Below, piece by piece: positions 1 to 6,939 of a stretch of DNA of 14,432 nt. Source of the stretch: Opitutales bacterium (GTDB lineage Bacteria; Verrucomicrobiota; Verrucomicrobiia; Opitutales; JABSRG01); the NCBI GenBank assembly GCA_049599475.1, contig JBMYOQ010000093.1:1-14432 (forward strand). Reading direction: 5' to 3'. The notes beneath the pieces are model-generated. The model was not told the origin of the DNA and did no database searches. It saw only the letters and a list, made by a program, of their open reading frames with translations. The translations under genes were made by a program, and so were the position numbers. Positions within the stretch are counted from its first letter, which is position 1. Each line of letters begins with the position of its first letter.

Positions 1-243
1 TATTACAACCAAAGTGCGGTGCGTCAAGGGGACTGGAAATATCATGCTAGGGAGCAGTTTAAGGTGAAAGACACCGCGCGAAAGCATAGAGGTCCGACAC
101 TCTACAACCTAAAAGATGATGTCGGCGAATCCAACAATGTGATCGATAAGTATCCAGAGATTGCTGAACGCTTAAAACGAGCCCTGGAGACTAATCCGAA
201 TAAACGAACGGATGATCGAAAGGCTAAAGGGAAAAAGAAGTAG
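1..243 (+). CDS. C-terminal fragment of a family S1 sulfatase (5' part lies outside the window)
   Basis: Frame 1 is open from base 1 (YYNQSAVRQGDWKY...LYNLKDDVGESNNVIDKYPEIAERLK). This matches the C-terminal 'AvR.G.WK...LynL..D.gE..nl....Pe....L' pattern seen in the five complete sulfatases downstream. It ends in RKAKGKKK-stop (TAG 241-243). The GTG at 19 is an internal codon, not the real start. Confidence 0.88.
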   Translation, partial: YYNQSAVRQGDWKYHAREQFKVKDTARKHRGPTLYNLKDDVGESNNVIDKYPEIAERLKRALETNPNKRTDDRKAKGKKK

Positions 244-307
244 GCTGGTTCAATGTGAATCTTCTCCGGAAATAAAATCGTTCGACCTCCTGTAACAGAA
301 TTCAACT

Positions 308-1840
308 ATGGAATTGTTTAAGCAACTTATTCGCGTGCTCGTGTGGGCTTCTCTTCTGATCGGGAGCATTGTCTTCGCGAAAACGAAGCCTAATATCGTC
401 TTTATCCTCGTGGATGATATGCCGTGGTATGGCACAGCCACTGAACAGCAGGAAGGCTTCGCGGGTTCGGCGATGAAGTGGCGCAATACCCCCAATATTG
501 ATTCCATTGGTAGGGATGGAATGATTTTTGCCAACGCCTATGCCGCTGCGGGCATGTGTGCTCCCTCGCGATGCAGTATTCAGACGGGAATGACGGCGGC
601 TCGGACCCGTTTTAGTGGTAATGGGAACTTCGGTGAAGATTGCACTTTTGAGGTCAATTACACCGAAAAAGTAAAAGGAGCTCCCTTTCTTGAGCCGGAG
701 CCTATGGGATCATTGAATTCGGAGTTTAAGACGATTGCGCATGTATTGAAAGAGCAGGGGTATGCTACCGCGCATTATGGTAAATGGCATATCTACGGTG
801 GAGGTCCGAAGGCATGTGGTTATGACGAGAGTGATGGAAATACATCGAATGACGAAGGAAATCCAGAGAGCATTAAGGATCCTAGGGACCCAAAACGGGT
901 ATTCAGCATAGCTCGTAGTAGCATGGACTTTATGGAGCGCAGTGTTAAGAAAAGTAAGCCATTTTTTGTGCAGCTCTCACATTACGCCGAACACAATGCT
1001 CAGATGAGTCTACCGGAGACCTTGAAGAAATACACGAGTAACCCGGAGATAAAGGCTATGGATAAAGGTGCCGCTAAAGAGGTGACTACCCACGCTGCCG
1101 CGATCGAAGATATGGATACATCCATCGGCATGGTGATGGAGAAAATCGATGAGCTCGGCGTCAGCGATAATACCTACATCGTTTTCACCTCTGATAACGG
1201 CAAAGGTTTATATAACGGTGAGGATAGGATCCTCAGAGGCGAAAAGTGGTGGCTTTGGGAAGGGGGTATCCGGGTGCCGATGGTTGTGAGCGGCCCTGGG
1301 ATCAAAGCGGGTTCCCGCACCAGTTTCAATGTTGTAGGTTATGACTTCTTGCCGACATTTTATGATATTGCGGGTGGTAATGTCGCTCGTCTCAAGGATG
1401 TAGATGGGGTCAGCATCATACCTATCCTTACCGGAGGGGATATCCAAGGTTTCAAAGATCGAGCATTGTTCTTTCACTACCCGCATCATCGCAATACGAC
1501 ACCTCAGTCGGTGATCATAAAAGACCACTATAAGCTCTTCAATTTCTATGAACTTCCAGAGCCATATCTCTATGACCTGAAAAACGATATCGGGGAAGAA
1601 ACGAACATAGCTCAGCAGATGCCTGAGAAGGTGCAGAGTTTAATGAGTGAGCTGGATTCTTTTCACAGGCGTGTCAATGCGCTCTTACCAAAACCGAACC
1701 CGAACGCATCAGATAGTTACGTCAGCTTTGATCCGGCAGTAATAATGCCCCCGGTGTCGGAATTGAAAAATGGAAAAGTGCCGAAGGCTAAGAAGAAAAA
1801 GGGTGGGAAGAATAAGAAGAAAGGCGAAGGCCAGATTTAG
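308..1840 (+). CDS. Secreted formylglycine-dependent sulfatase (family S1, Cys-type)
   Basis: Sec-type signal peptide (MELFKQLIRVLVWASLLIGSIVFA), then KPNIVFILVDDM (metal-binding DD). Catalytic signature CAPSRCSIQTG with Cys codon at 557. Further motifs GYATAHYGKWH, FTSDNG, GEKWWLWEGGIRVP and LYDLKNDIGE. Lys-rich C-terminal tail. Confidence 0.95.
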   Translation: MELFKQLIRVLVWASLLIGSIVFAKTKPNIVFILVDDMPWYGTATEQQEGFAGSAMKWRNTPNIDSIGRDGMIFANAYAAAGMCAPSRCSIQTGMTAARTRFSGNGNFGEDCTFEVNYTEKVKGAPFLEPEPMGSLNSEFKTIAHVLKEQGYATAHYGKWHIYGGGPKACGYDESDGNTSNDEGNPESIKDPRDPKRVFSIARSSMDFMERSVKKSKPFFVQLSHYAEHNAQMSLPETLKKYTSNPEIKAMDKGAAKEVTTHAAAIEDMDTSIGMVMEKIDELGVSDNTYIVFTSDNGKGLYNGEDRILRGEKWWLWEGGIRVPMVVSGPGIKAGSRTSFNVVGYDFLPTFYDIAGGNVARLKDVDGVSIIPILTGGDIQGFKDRALFFHYPHHRNTTPQSVIIKDHYKLFNFYELPEPYLYDLKNDIGEETNIAQQMPEKVQSLMSELDSFHRRVNALLPKPNPNASDSYVSFDPAVIMPPVSELKNGKVPKAKKKKGGKNKKKGEGQI

Positions 1841-1871
1841 TCGACATCAGACTCATACAGAACTCTACGCC

Positions 1872-1948
1872 GTTGTAGCCACTCCGCTGCCGTGTCAGCG
1901 TTTAAGTCATCTTACGGTCGCGCCCCAGCAGGGTGAGGCAGCTACAAC
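1872..1948. repeat. Inverted pair of GTAG-type REP-like elements (REPIN-like doublet)
   Basis: Perfect 8-bp terminal inverted repeat GTTGTAGC (1872-1879) / GCTACAAC (1941-1948). Read inward, both arms have the same layout of GTAG + 6 nt + 5-bp GC-rich hairpin. Left arm: CGCTG 1885-1889 / CAGCG 1896-1900. Right arm: CGCCC 1921-1925 / GGGTG 1931-1935, with one G-T pair. Confidence 0.6.
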
Positions 1949-1972
1949 TATTAAATGAATGTGAATCGCTAT

Positions 1973-1977
1973 AAGGA
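1973..1977 (+). promoter_or_regulatory. Putative Shine-Dalgarno sequence for the GTG start at 1987
   Basis: AAGGA lies 9 nt upstream of GTG 1987, which begins a plausible signal peptide. Confidence 0.5.
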
Positions 1978-1986
1978 CTATTTGAA

Positions 1987-3450
1987 GTGATTAAACCAAT
2001 ACAGAAATATAGACGATATTTGCTCTGCTTATTTACCGTAGCAACCGTCATGAGTTTGCAGGCAAAGAAGCAGCCCAATGTCCTGTTTTACCTGACGGAT
2101 GACTTAGGTTATGGGGATGTGGGCTCCTACGGCGCCGAAGGGCAATTTACGCCAGCGATAGATCAGCTCGCAAAAGAGGGAACGAAGTTTTCAAGTTTCT
2201 ATGTCCACCAGCGCTGCACTCCAAGCCGGGCGGCATTTATGACCGGCTCTTATGCGCAGCGTGTTGGCCTAAACAGTATCGTGTATAAGCATAGAGACGG
2301 TCCGATAGGCCTGAATCCCGATGAGATCACGCTTCCCGAGCTTTTGAAGACGGGCGGCTATAAGACCGCTCTCATAGGAAAATGGCATCTGGGCGAATGG
2401 GAACCGTTCCATCCATTAAATCACGGTTTTGACTATTTTTATGGATTCCTGAAAGCGACCGAAGGCACGGAAGATGTATCGCTGGTTGAAAACAGAAAAC
2501 AGCTTGTTACGAAAACGAGGAAGACTACAGGGCAGGCCCCAGGTATGGTAAAGGCGGCGGTCGACTTTATAAAGCGGCATAAGGATGAGCCCTTTTTTCT
2601 GTGTTATTCGGACCCATTGCCTCACTCTCCGTATGTGCCCTCACCGCAATTTCAAGGCACATCTGAGCGCGGTGATTATGGTGATGTGATTCATGAGATC
2701 GACTGGCAGTTTCAGCAACTCATGAATGCCTTGACGGAGCTGGGTCTGGAAAACGATACGATCGTCGTATTTACTTCGGACAATGGCCCTCCTGTTCAGC
2801 GCCAAAGCAAATTTGATGTTGGCATGAGCGGCTCTCTGCGTGACGGCAAATGGACTAATTTTGAAGGCGGAGTGCGGGTCCCCTTTATTATTCGTTGGCC
2901 GGGAAAGGTTAAACCAAACGCGGAAAGTGATGCGATGATCGGTATCATTGATATGCTCCCTACATTCTGTGAAATTGCGGGCATTGCCGTGCCGAACGAT
3001 CGTGTGATCGATGGTGTCAATGTACTGCCGCAACTAATGGGCGATAAGAGATCGAAGCCTCTTCGCGATGTTCAGATTGTTCCGGGTGCGACCATCATAC
3101 ATAATGAGTGGAAGTATTATACAAATACCCAGCTTCCATATAATAAGAAAGGTCCCGAAAATTGGGATGCATATAAACCGGTAAATGCGGGCGCACTTTT
3201 CAATTTAAAGGAGGATATTGGAGAAACGACGGATGTTTCCGCGGAATATCCTGAAGTTGCTGAATCCTTGAAGAAAAAAATGGAAGCATTCATGGCCGAG
3301 TTCGAGAAAACACGCCGGCCTGTTGGTGATGCTTCGGGATATTCAGATAAGAACTTTGTGCTCGATAAGTCAGAATCGGACCCAGGTGAAAGCACGGGTA
3401 ATAAAGGCAAGGATCGCAAAAACAAGAAGAAGTCGAAAGCTAAAGTATGA
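1987..3450 (+). CDS. Secreted formylglycine-dependent sulfatase (family S1, Cys-type, arylsulfatase-like)
   Basis: Signal peptide ending ...VMSLQA, then QPNVLFYLTDDLGYGD. Catalytic signature CTPSRAAFMTG with Cys codon at 2215. Further motifs GYKTALIGKWHLG, HGFDYFYG, FTSDNGP, GKWTNFEGGVRVP and LFNLKEDIGE. Acidic linker followed by a Lys-rich tail. Confidence 0.95.
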   Translation: MIKPIQKYRRYLLCLFTVATVMSLQAKKQPNVLFYLTDDLGYGDVGSYGAEGQFTPAIDQLAKEGTKFSSFYVHQRCTPSRAAFMTGSYAQRVGLNSIVYKHRDGPIGLNPDEITLPELLKTGGYKTALIGKWHLGEWEPFHPLNHGFDYFYGFLKATEGTEDVSLVENRKQLVTKTRKTTGQAPGMVKAAVDFIKRHKDEPFFLCYSDPLPHSPYVPSPQFQGTSERGDYGDVIHEIDWQFQQLMNALTELGLENDTIVVFTSDNGPPVQRQSKFDVGMSGSLRDGKWTNFEGGVRVPFIIRWPGKVKPNAESDAMIGIIDMLPTFCEIAGIAVPNDRVIDGVNVLPQLMGDKRSKPLRDVQIVPGATIIHNEWKYYTNTQLPYNKKGPENWDAYKPVNAGALFNLKEDIGETTDVSAEYPEVAESLKKKMEAFMAEFEKTRRPVGDASGYSDKNFVLDKSESDPGESTGNKGKDRKNKKKSKAKV

Positions 3451-4103
3451 AACTGATAATTGTCGTAAGTTTATGCCTTTTCACCAGTTTGGTTGCCCAA
3501 GGCAATGGCTGGGTTGATTTGTTTAACGGTCAAAACCTCGATGGCTGGACGGAGAAAACCAAAGAAGGATCTTTTCGCGTTGAAGACGGCGTCATCATTG
3601 GTACCGCCAGGAGCGGTTTAGGATCCACATTTCTGTGCTCCAATGAAGATTATGGTGATTTCGAACTTGAATTTGAAACTAAGCTTATTGACAACGAATT
3701 GAATTCGGGCGTCCAGATTCGTTCGAAGATTTTGGAGCCCAAGAAAAATGAAAAGTACGGCGCTGTTTACGGCCCGCAAGTTGAGGTTACTGGTCGGGAT
3801 TTTGTGAAAAATTATTCCGGCAACATCTATGGTCAGGGCTGGAAAACTTGGCTGACTCCGCCGGACAGTAAAAAGGCACACAGCTTCTACAAAGATGGGG
3901 AGTGGAACCATTTTCGCGTAGTCGCCAAAGGTGACCAGATTACAACGTGGATCAATGGTAACGAAATTGTAATTACAACTATTCCGCCTGAACGCCATGA
4001 GACTAACCCTAGCGGCCAGATAGGTTTGCAAATACATGGAATCAAAAAGGGAACCGGCCCTTACCAGGTAGCCTGGAAAAACATTAGAATAAAAGAACTA
4101 TAA
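3447..4103 (+). CDS. Secreted DUF1080 family protein (3-keto-disaccharide hydrolase / 3-keto-glycoside lyase-hydratase family)
   Basis: Signal peptide MKLIIVVSLCLFTSLVA. Characteristic DUF1080 motifs occur in order: LFNGQNLDGW, YGDFELEFE, NSGVQIRS, GPQVEV, GNIYG, GEWNHFRV, WING, GQIGLQIH, VAWKNIRIKEL. ATGA overlap with the upstream stop. Confidence 0.92.
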   Translation: MKLIIVVSLCLFTSLVAQGNGWVDLFNGQNLDGWTEKTKEGSFRVEDGVIIGTARSGLGSTFLCSNEDYGDFELEFETKLIDNELNSGVQIRSKILEPKKNEKYGAVYGPQVEVTGRDFVKNYSGNIYGQGWKTWLTPPDSKKAHSFYKDGEWNHFRVVAKGDQITTWINGNEIVITTIPPERHETNPSGQIGLQIHGIKKGTGPYQVAWKNIRIKEL

Positions 4104-4156
4104 GAATCGGATGAAGAATATTCTGAAATTCAAATCCAGCAACGATCGGAGTGTAT

Positions 4157-5515
4157 ATGATAAAGCAGCTTAAAACAATCGCAGGTATTATCGCTGCGGT
4201 GTTCATCCCGCTTATGTCTTTCGCGATAGAGAATAGGCCCAACATCGTGTTGATTATTTCGGATGATCAGGGGTATGCGGATGTTAGTTACAACCCAGAG
4301 CATCAAAGCTATGTCAATACGCCTCATACGGATGCACTGGCTCAATCTGGGATGATATTTAATAATGGGTACACGTCGGGCAGCGTTTGCTCACCGACAC
4401 GTTCTGGGGTGATGACCGGTTTCTATCAGCAACGCTACGGAATCTATACTGCAGGGGAGGGGGGTAACGGAACGGATCTCAGTGAAAAATTCATACCCAA
4501 TTACCTGAAGGACGCCGGTTATACTTCAATGGCTTTCGGTAAATGGCATCTCGGGCACGAAATGGATTATCATCCGCTATATCGTGGTTTTGATGACTTC
4601 TACGGCTTTATGGGGCGTGGCGCGCACGATTTCTTCAAACTGGGGATTGATGAAGGTAAAGAGTTCAAAGCGGGTCCTATGTTTCGTGGCCTAGAGCCCG
4701 TGGATGACAAAGGATACCTTACTACCAGAATTACCGAAGAAGTCGTAGACATTATAGAGCGCAGCAAAGATCAGCCATTCTTTGCCTATGTAGCCTACAA
4801 TGCGGTCCACGCTCCGGCTCAAGCTCCTGCGGAAGATATCAAGCCTGTATCTGGCGATGAAACACGCGATATTTTGATGGGGATGCTTAAACATCTGGAT
4901 CTAGGAGTGGGCACTATTGTGGATACATTGAAGAAGCACGGCATCTACGAAAATACTATCATCATTTATCTCTCGGATAATGGCGGGGCATCGGCGATGA
5001 ATGCAGATAATACTCCGCTGAGAGGCATGAAGAGTGAAAATTACGAAGGTGGCATTCGGGTGCCATTTCTTATGTCGTGGCCGGCTAAGATCAAAGCCGG
5101 ACAGCAGACTGCGACACCTGTCATGTCTTTTGACATACTTCCAACTTTGCTCGATGCGGCAGGTATTCAAACGGATCGCAATTTCGACGGCAAAAGCATG
5201 CTTCCCATTGTCATAGATGGGGCAGACAAAAGCCATGATTATCTCTGTTGGAACTCAGGGGACGGGGAAACTGCAATACAGGCGGATGGTTGGAAGCTGA
5301 TAAGTGTCAGAGGGAAGACCGAACTGTTTAAGATTTCTGAAGATATTGGTGAATCCAAGGACCTGTTCGCCTCGCATCCCGAAAAAGTAGGGCATCTTCA
5401 GAAGCTCTATGATTCATGGCTTGCCCAAATGGCGGAGCCCATGAGCAAGAACACCATCCAGCGTTGGGATCCAAGCATCGCCGGGAAGAAGAATAAGAAG
5501 AAGAAAAAGAAATAA
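4157..5515 (+). CDS. Secreted formylglycine-dependent sulfatase (family S1, Cys-type)
   Basis: ATG 4157 is preferred over GTG 4151 because GGAG sits at 4148-4151. Signal peptide ending ...PLMSFA, then RPNIVLIISDDQGYAD. Catalytic signature CSPTRSGVMTG with Cys codon at 4388. Further motifs GKWHLG, YNAVHAP, LSDNGG and PLRGMKSENYEGGIRVP. Ends GKKNKKKKKK. Confidence 0.95.
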   Translation: MIKQLKTIAGIIAAVFIPLMSFAIENRPNIVLIISDDQGYADVSYNPEHQSYVNTPHTDALAQSGMIFNNGYTSGSVCSPTRSGVMTGFYQQRYGIYTAGEGGNGTDLSEKFIPNYLKDAGYTSMAFGKWHLGHEMDYHPLYRGFDDFYGFMGRGAHDFFKLGIDEGKEFKAGPMFRGLEPVDDKGYLTTRITEEVVDIIERSKDQPFFAYVAYNAVHAPAQAPAEDIKPVSGDETRDILMGMLKHLDLGVGTIVDTLKKHGIYENTIIIYLSDNGGASAMNADNTPLRGMKSENYEGGIRVPFLMSWPAKIKAGQQTATPVMSFDILPTLLDAAGIQTDRNFDGKSMLPIVIDGADKSHDYLCWNSGDGETAIQADGWKLISVRGKTELFKISEDIGESKDLFASHPEKVGHLQKLYDSWLAQMAEPMSKNTIQRWDPSIAGKKNKKKKKK

Positions 5516-5525
5516 AGGAAATTTG

Positions 5526-6911
5526 ATGAAGGGTTTATCCTCTATTAAACGCGCATGTGCTGCATGGTGCTCAATGTCGTTTAGCATGCTGTCTCTTTCG
5601 GTTTCGGCGAGTCCGACCTTCGACCCGAGCCAGCTCGAATTTATTGACAACGGTACCCTCAAGCTCGGAGTGAGTAAAGATCTCGGCGGCGCGATCACTT
5701 ATCTGTCTGTTTCCGGCAGCGATGAAAACATCATCAACAATTACGATTGGGGGCGTCAGATTCAGATGTCCTTCTTTTCCGATCCTGCACCTTATACTGA
5801 GAACGGAAAGGAGCCCAAAGATCACTGGAAGCACATCGGGTGGAATCCTATCCAAGCGGGGGATGATTTTGGTAATGGTTCCGAAATCGTCGAGCTACGC
5901 CAGGAAGGTAACACTCTTTATGTGAAATGCATTCCGATGCAGTGGCCGCTCGAAAACGTGCCGGGTGAATGCACCTACGAGGCATTCATTGAGCTCAAGG
6001 GTAATACGGTTGAAGTGCGCAGCCGCTTGGTGAATGCACGTTCGGATAGGACTCAATATAAAGGGCGTCACCAAGAGCTGCCCGCAGTCTACACCAACGG
6101 CCCATACTACAGGCTCATGACCTACCGTGGAGATAAGCCTTTCACGGGTGACGCTTTGGAGCGAATCCCTAAGAAAAAGGGCAAGGGCTTTCCATGGGAA
6201 TACTGGCTGGCCACCGAGAACTGGGCGGCCCTGGTAAACGATGACGATTGGGGCTTGGGTATCTACAAGCCCAACAATGCTCTCTTCATTGGTGGCTTCG
6301 CTGGTAGGGAAGGCAAGGGCGGTACCACAGATTCACCTACAGGATACATCGCACCGCTGCATACAGAGATCCTCGATCACAACATCACTTATGAGTATAA
6401 CTACACCCTCATCCTCGGCAGCTTGGATGAGATCCGTGCCCACGCGGTCCAAGCAGGTGAGGGGTCTGGACTTCCCGACTGGAAATTCGAAAACGATCGT
6501 CAGCACTGGTATTACGAAACCAACGACAACCCCGGTAGGGATACAGGCTGGCCTATTCAGGGGTATCTTGATATCGATCTAGACCAGAAAATGGCCGCAG
6601 TCAGCCCCCCGACGCTGTGGCACGCGAATGAGGCGCCGGTCCTGTACATCGAAGCTGCTTTCAAAACGAGTCAAAATAAGGCCTCTGTAATGTGGAGTCC
6701 TTACGATGGAGAAGACTACGATCCGGTTCTTGACAGTGACAATCGCTTGGAATTCGAGATTGAGGGCGATGGTCGCTTCCGCACCTACAAAATAGATCTA
6801 TCCGCCGCAGATAGCTACCAGGGAGCCATGAGCTACCTCATGCTTCAACCTAGCCTCAAACGCGAGAAAGGCGGGTGGGTGAAGATTAAACGTGTCCGCC
6901 TGGGCAAGTGA
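5526..6911 (+). CDS. Secreted protein of unknown function; probable beta-rich catalytic domain plus C-terminal CBM-like module
   Basis: Long ORF (about 460 aa) in operon orientation. ATG 5526 follows AAGGA just after the upstream stop (TTG 5523 is an alternative start). Signal-like N-terminus ending ...LSVSA, and the protein is rich in Trp/Tyr/Gly/Asp. I recognise no named family motif, so the domain interpretation is inference. Confidence 0.85.
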   Translation: MKGLSSIKRACAAWCSMSFSMLSLSVSASPTFDPSQLEFIDNGTLKLGVSKDLGGAITYLSVSGSDENIINNYDWGRQIQMSFFSDPAPYTENGKEPKDHWKHIGWNPIQAGDDFGNGSEIVELRQEGNTLYVKCIPMQWPLENVPGECTYEAFIELKGNTVEVRSRLVNARSDRTQYKGRHQELPAVYTNGPYYRLMTYRGDKPFTGDALERIPKKKGKGFPWEYWLATENWAALVNDDDWGLGIYKPNNALFIGGFAGREGKGGTTDSPTGYIAPLHTEILDHNITYEYNYTLILGSLDEIRAHAVQAGEGSGLPDWKFENDRQHWYYETNDNPGRDTGWPIQGYLDIDLDQKMAAVSPPTLWHANEAPVLYIEAAFKTSQNKASVMWSPYDGEDYDPVLDSDNRLEFEIEGDGRFRTYKIDLSAADSYQGAMSYLMLQPSLKREKGGWVKIKRVRLGK

Positions 6912-6939
6912 TTACGTTAAAGATTTCATTCTAACTGTT

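Noticed and set aside
1872..1948. Rho-independent terminator, tRNA or CRISPR interpretation of the spacer structure
   Set aside because: There is no long U-tract after a strong hairpin (only TTT at 1901-1903 after a 5-bp stem), no cloverleaf or T-loop consensus, and no regularly spaced direct repeats.
1770..1958. 62-aa Arg/Lys-rich ORF bridging the first sulfatase end and the spacer
   Set aside because: Its basic composition is an off-frame reading of the A/G-rich Lys-tail codons, and the remainder runs through the REP-like element.
4115..4124. Perfect 10-bp palindrome AGAATATTCT in the DUF1080-sulfatase spacer
   Set aside because: It is short, AT-rich and seen only once. It could be an operator, but nothing else supports that.
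5486..5515. A/G-rich low-complexity tract as a phase-variable slippage site
   Set aside because: It is made of mixed AAG/AAA/AAT codons with no long homopolymer and sits at the extreme 3' end, so it is explained by the poly-Lys tail.
6892..6939. Upstream GTG start for the sulfatase ending at 8412
   Set aside because: It overlaps the previous gene and adds 16 residues ahead of a clean signal peptide beginning at ATG 6940.
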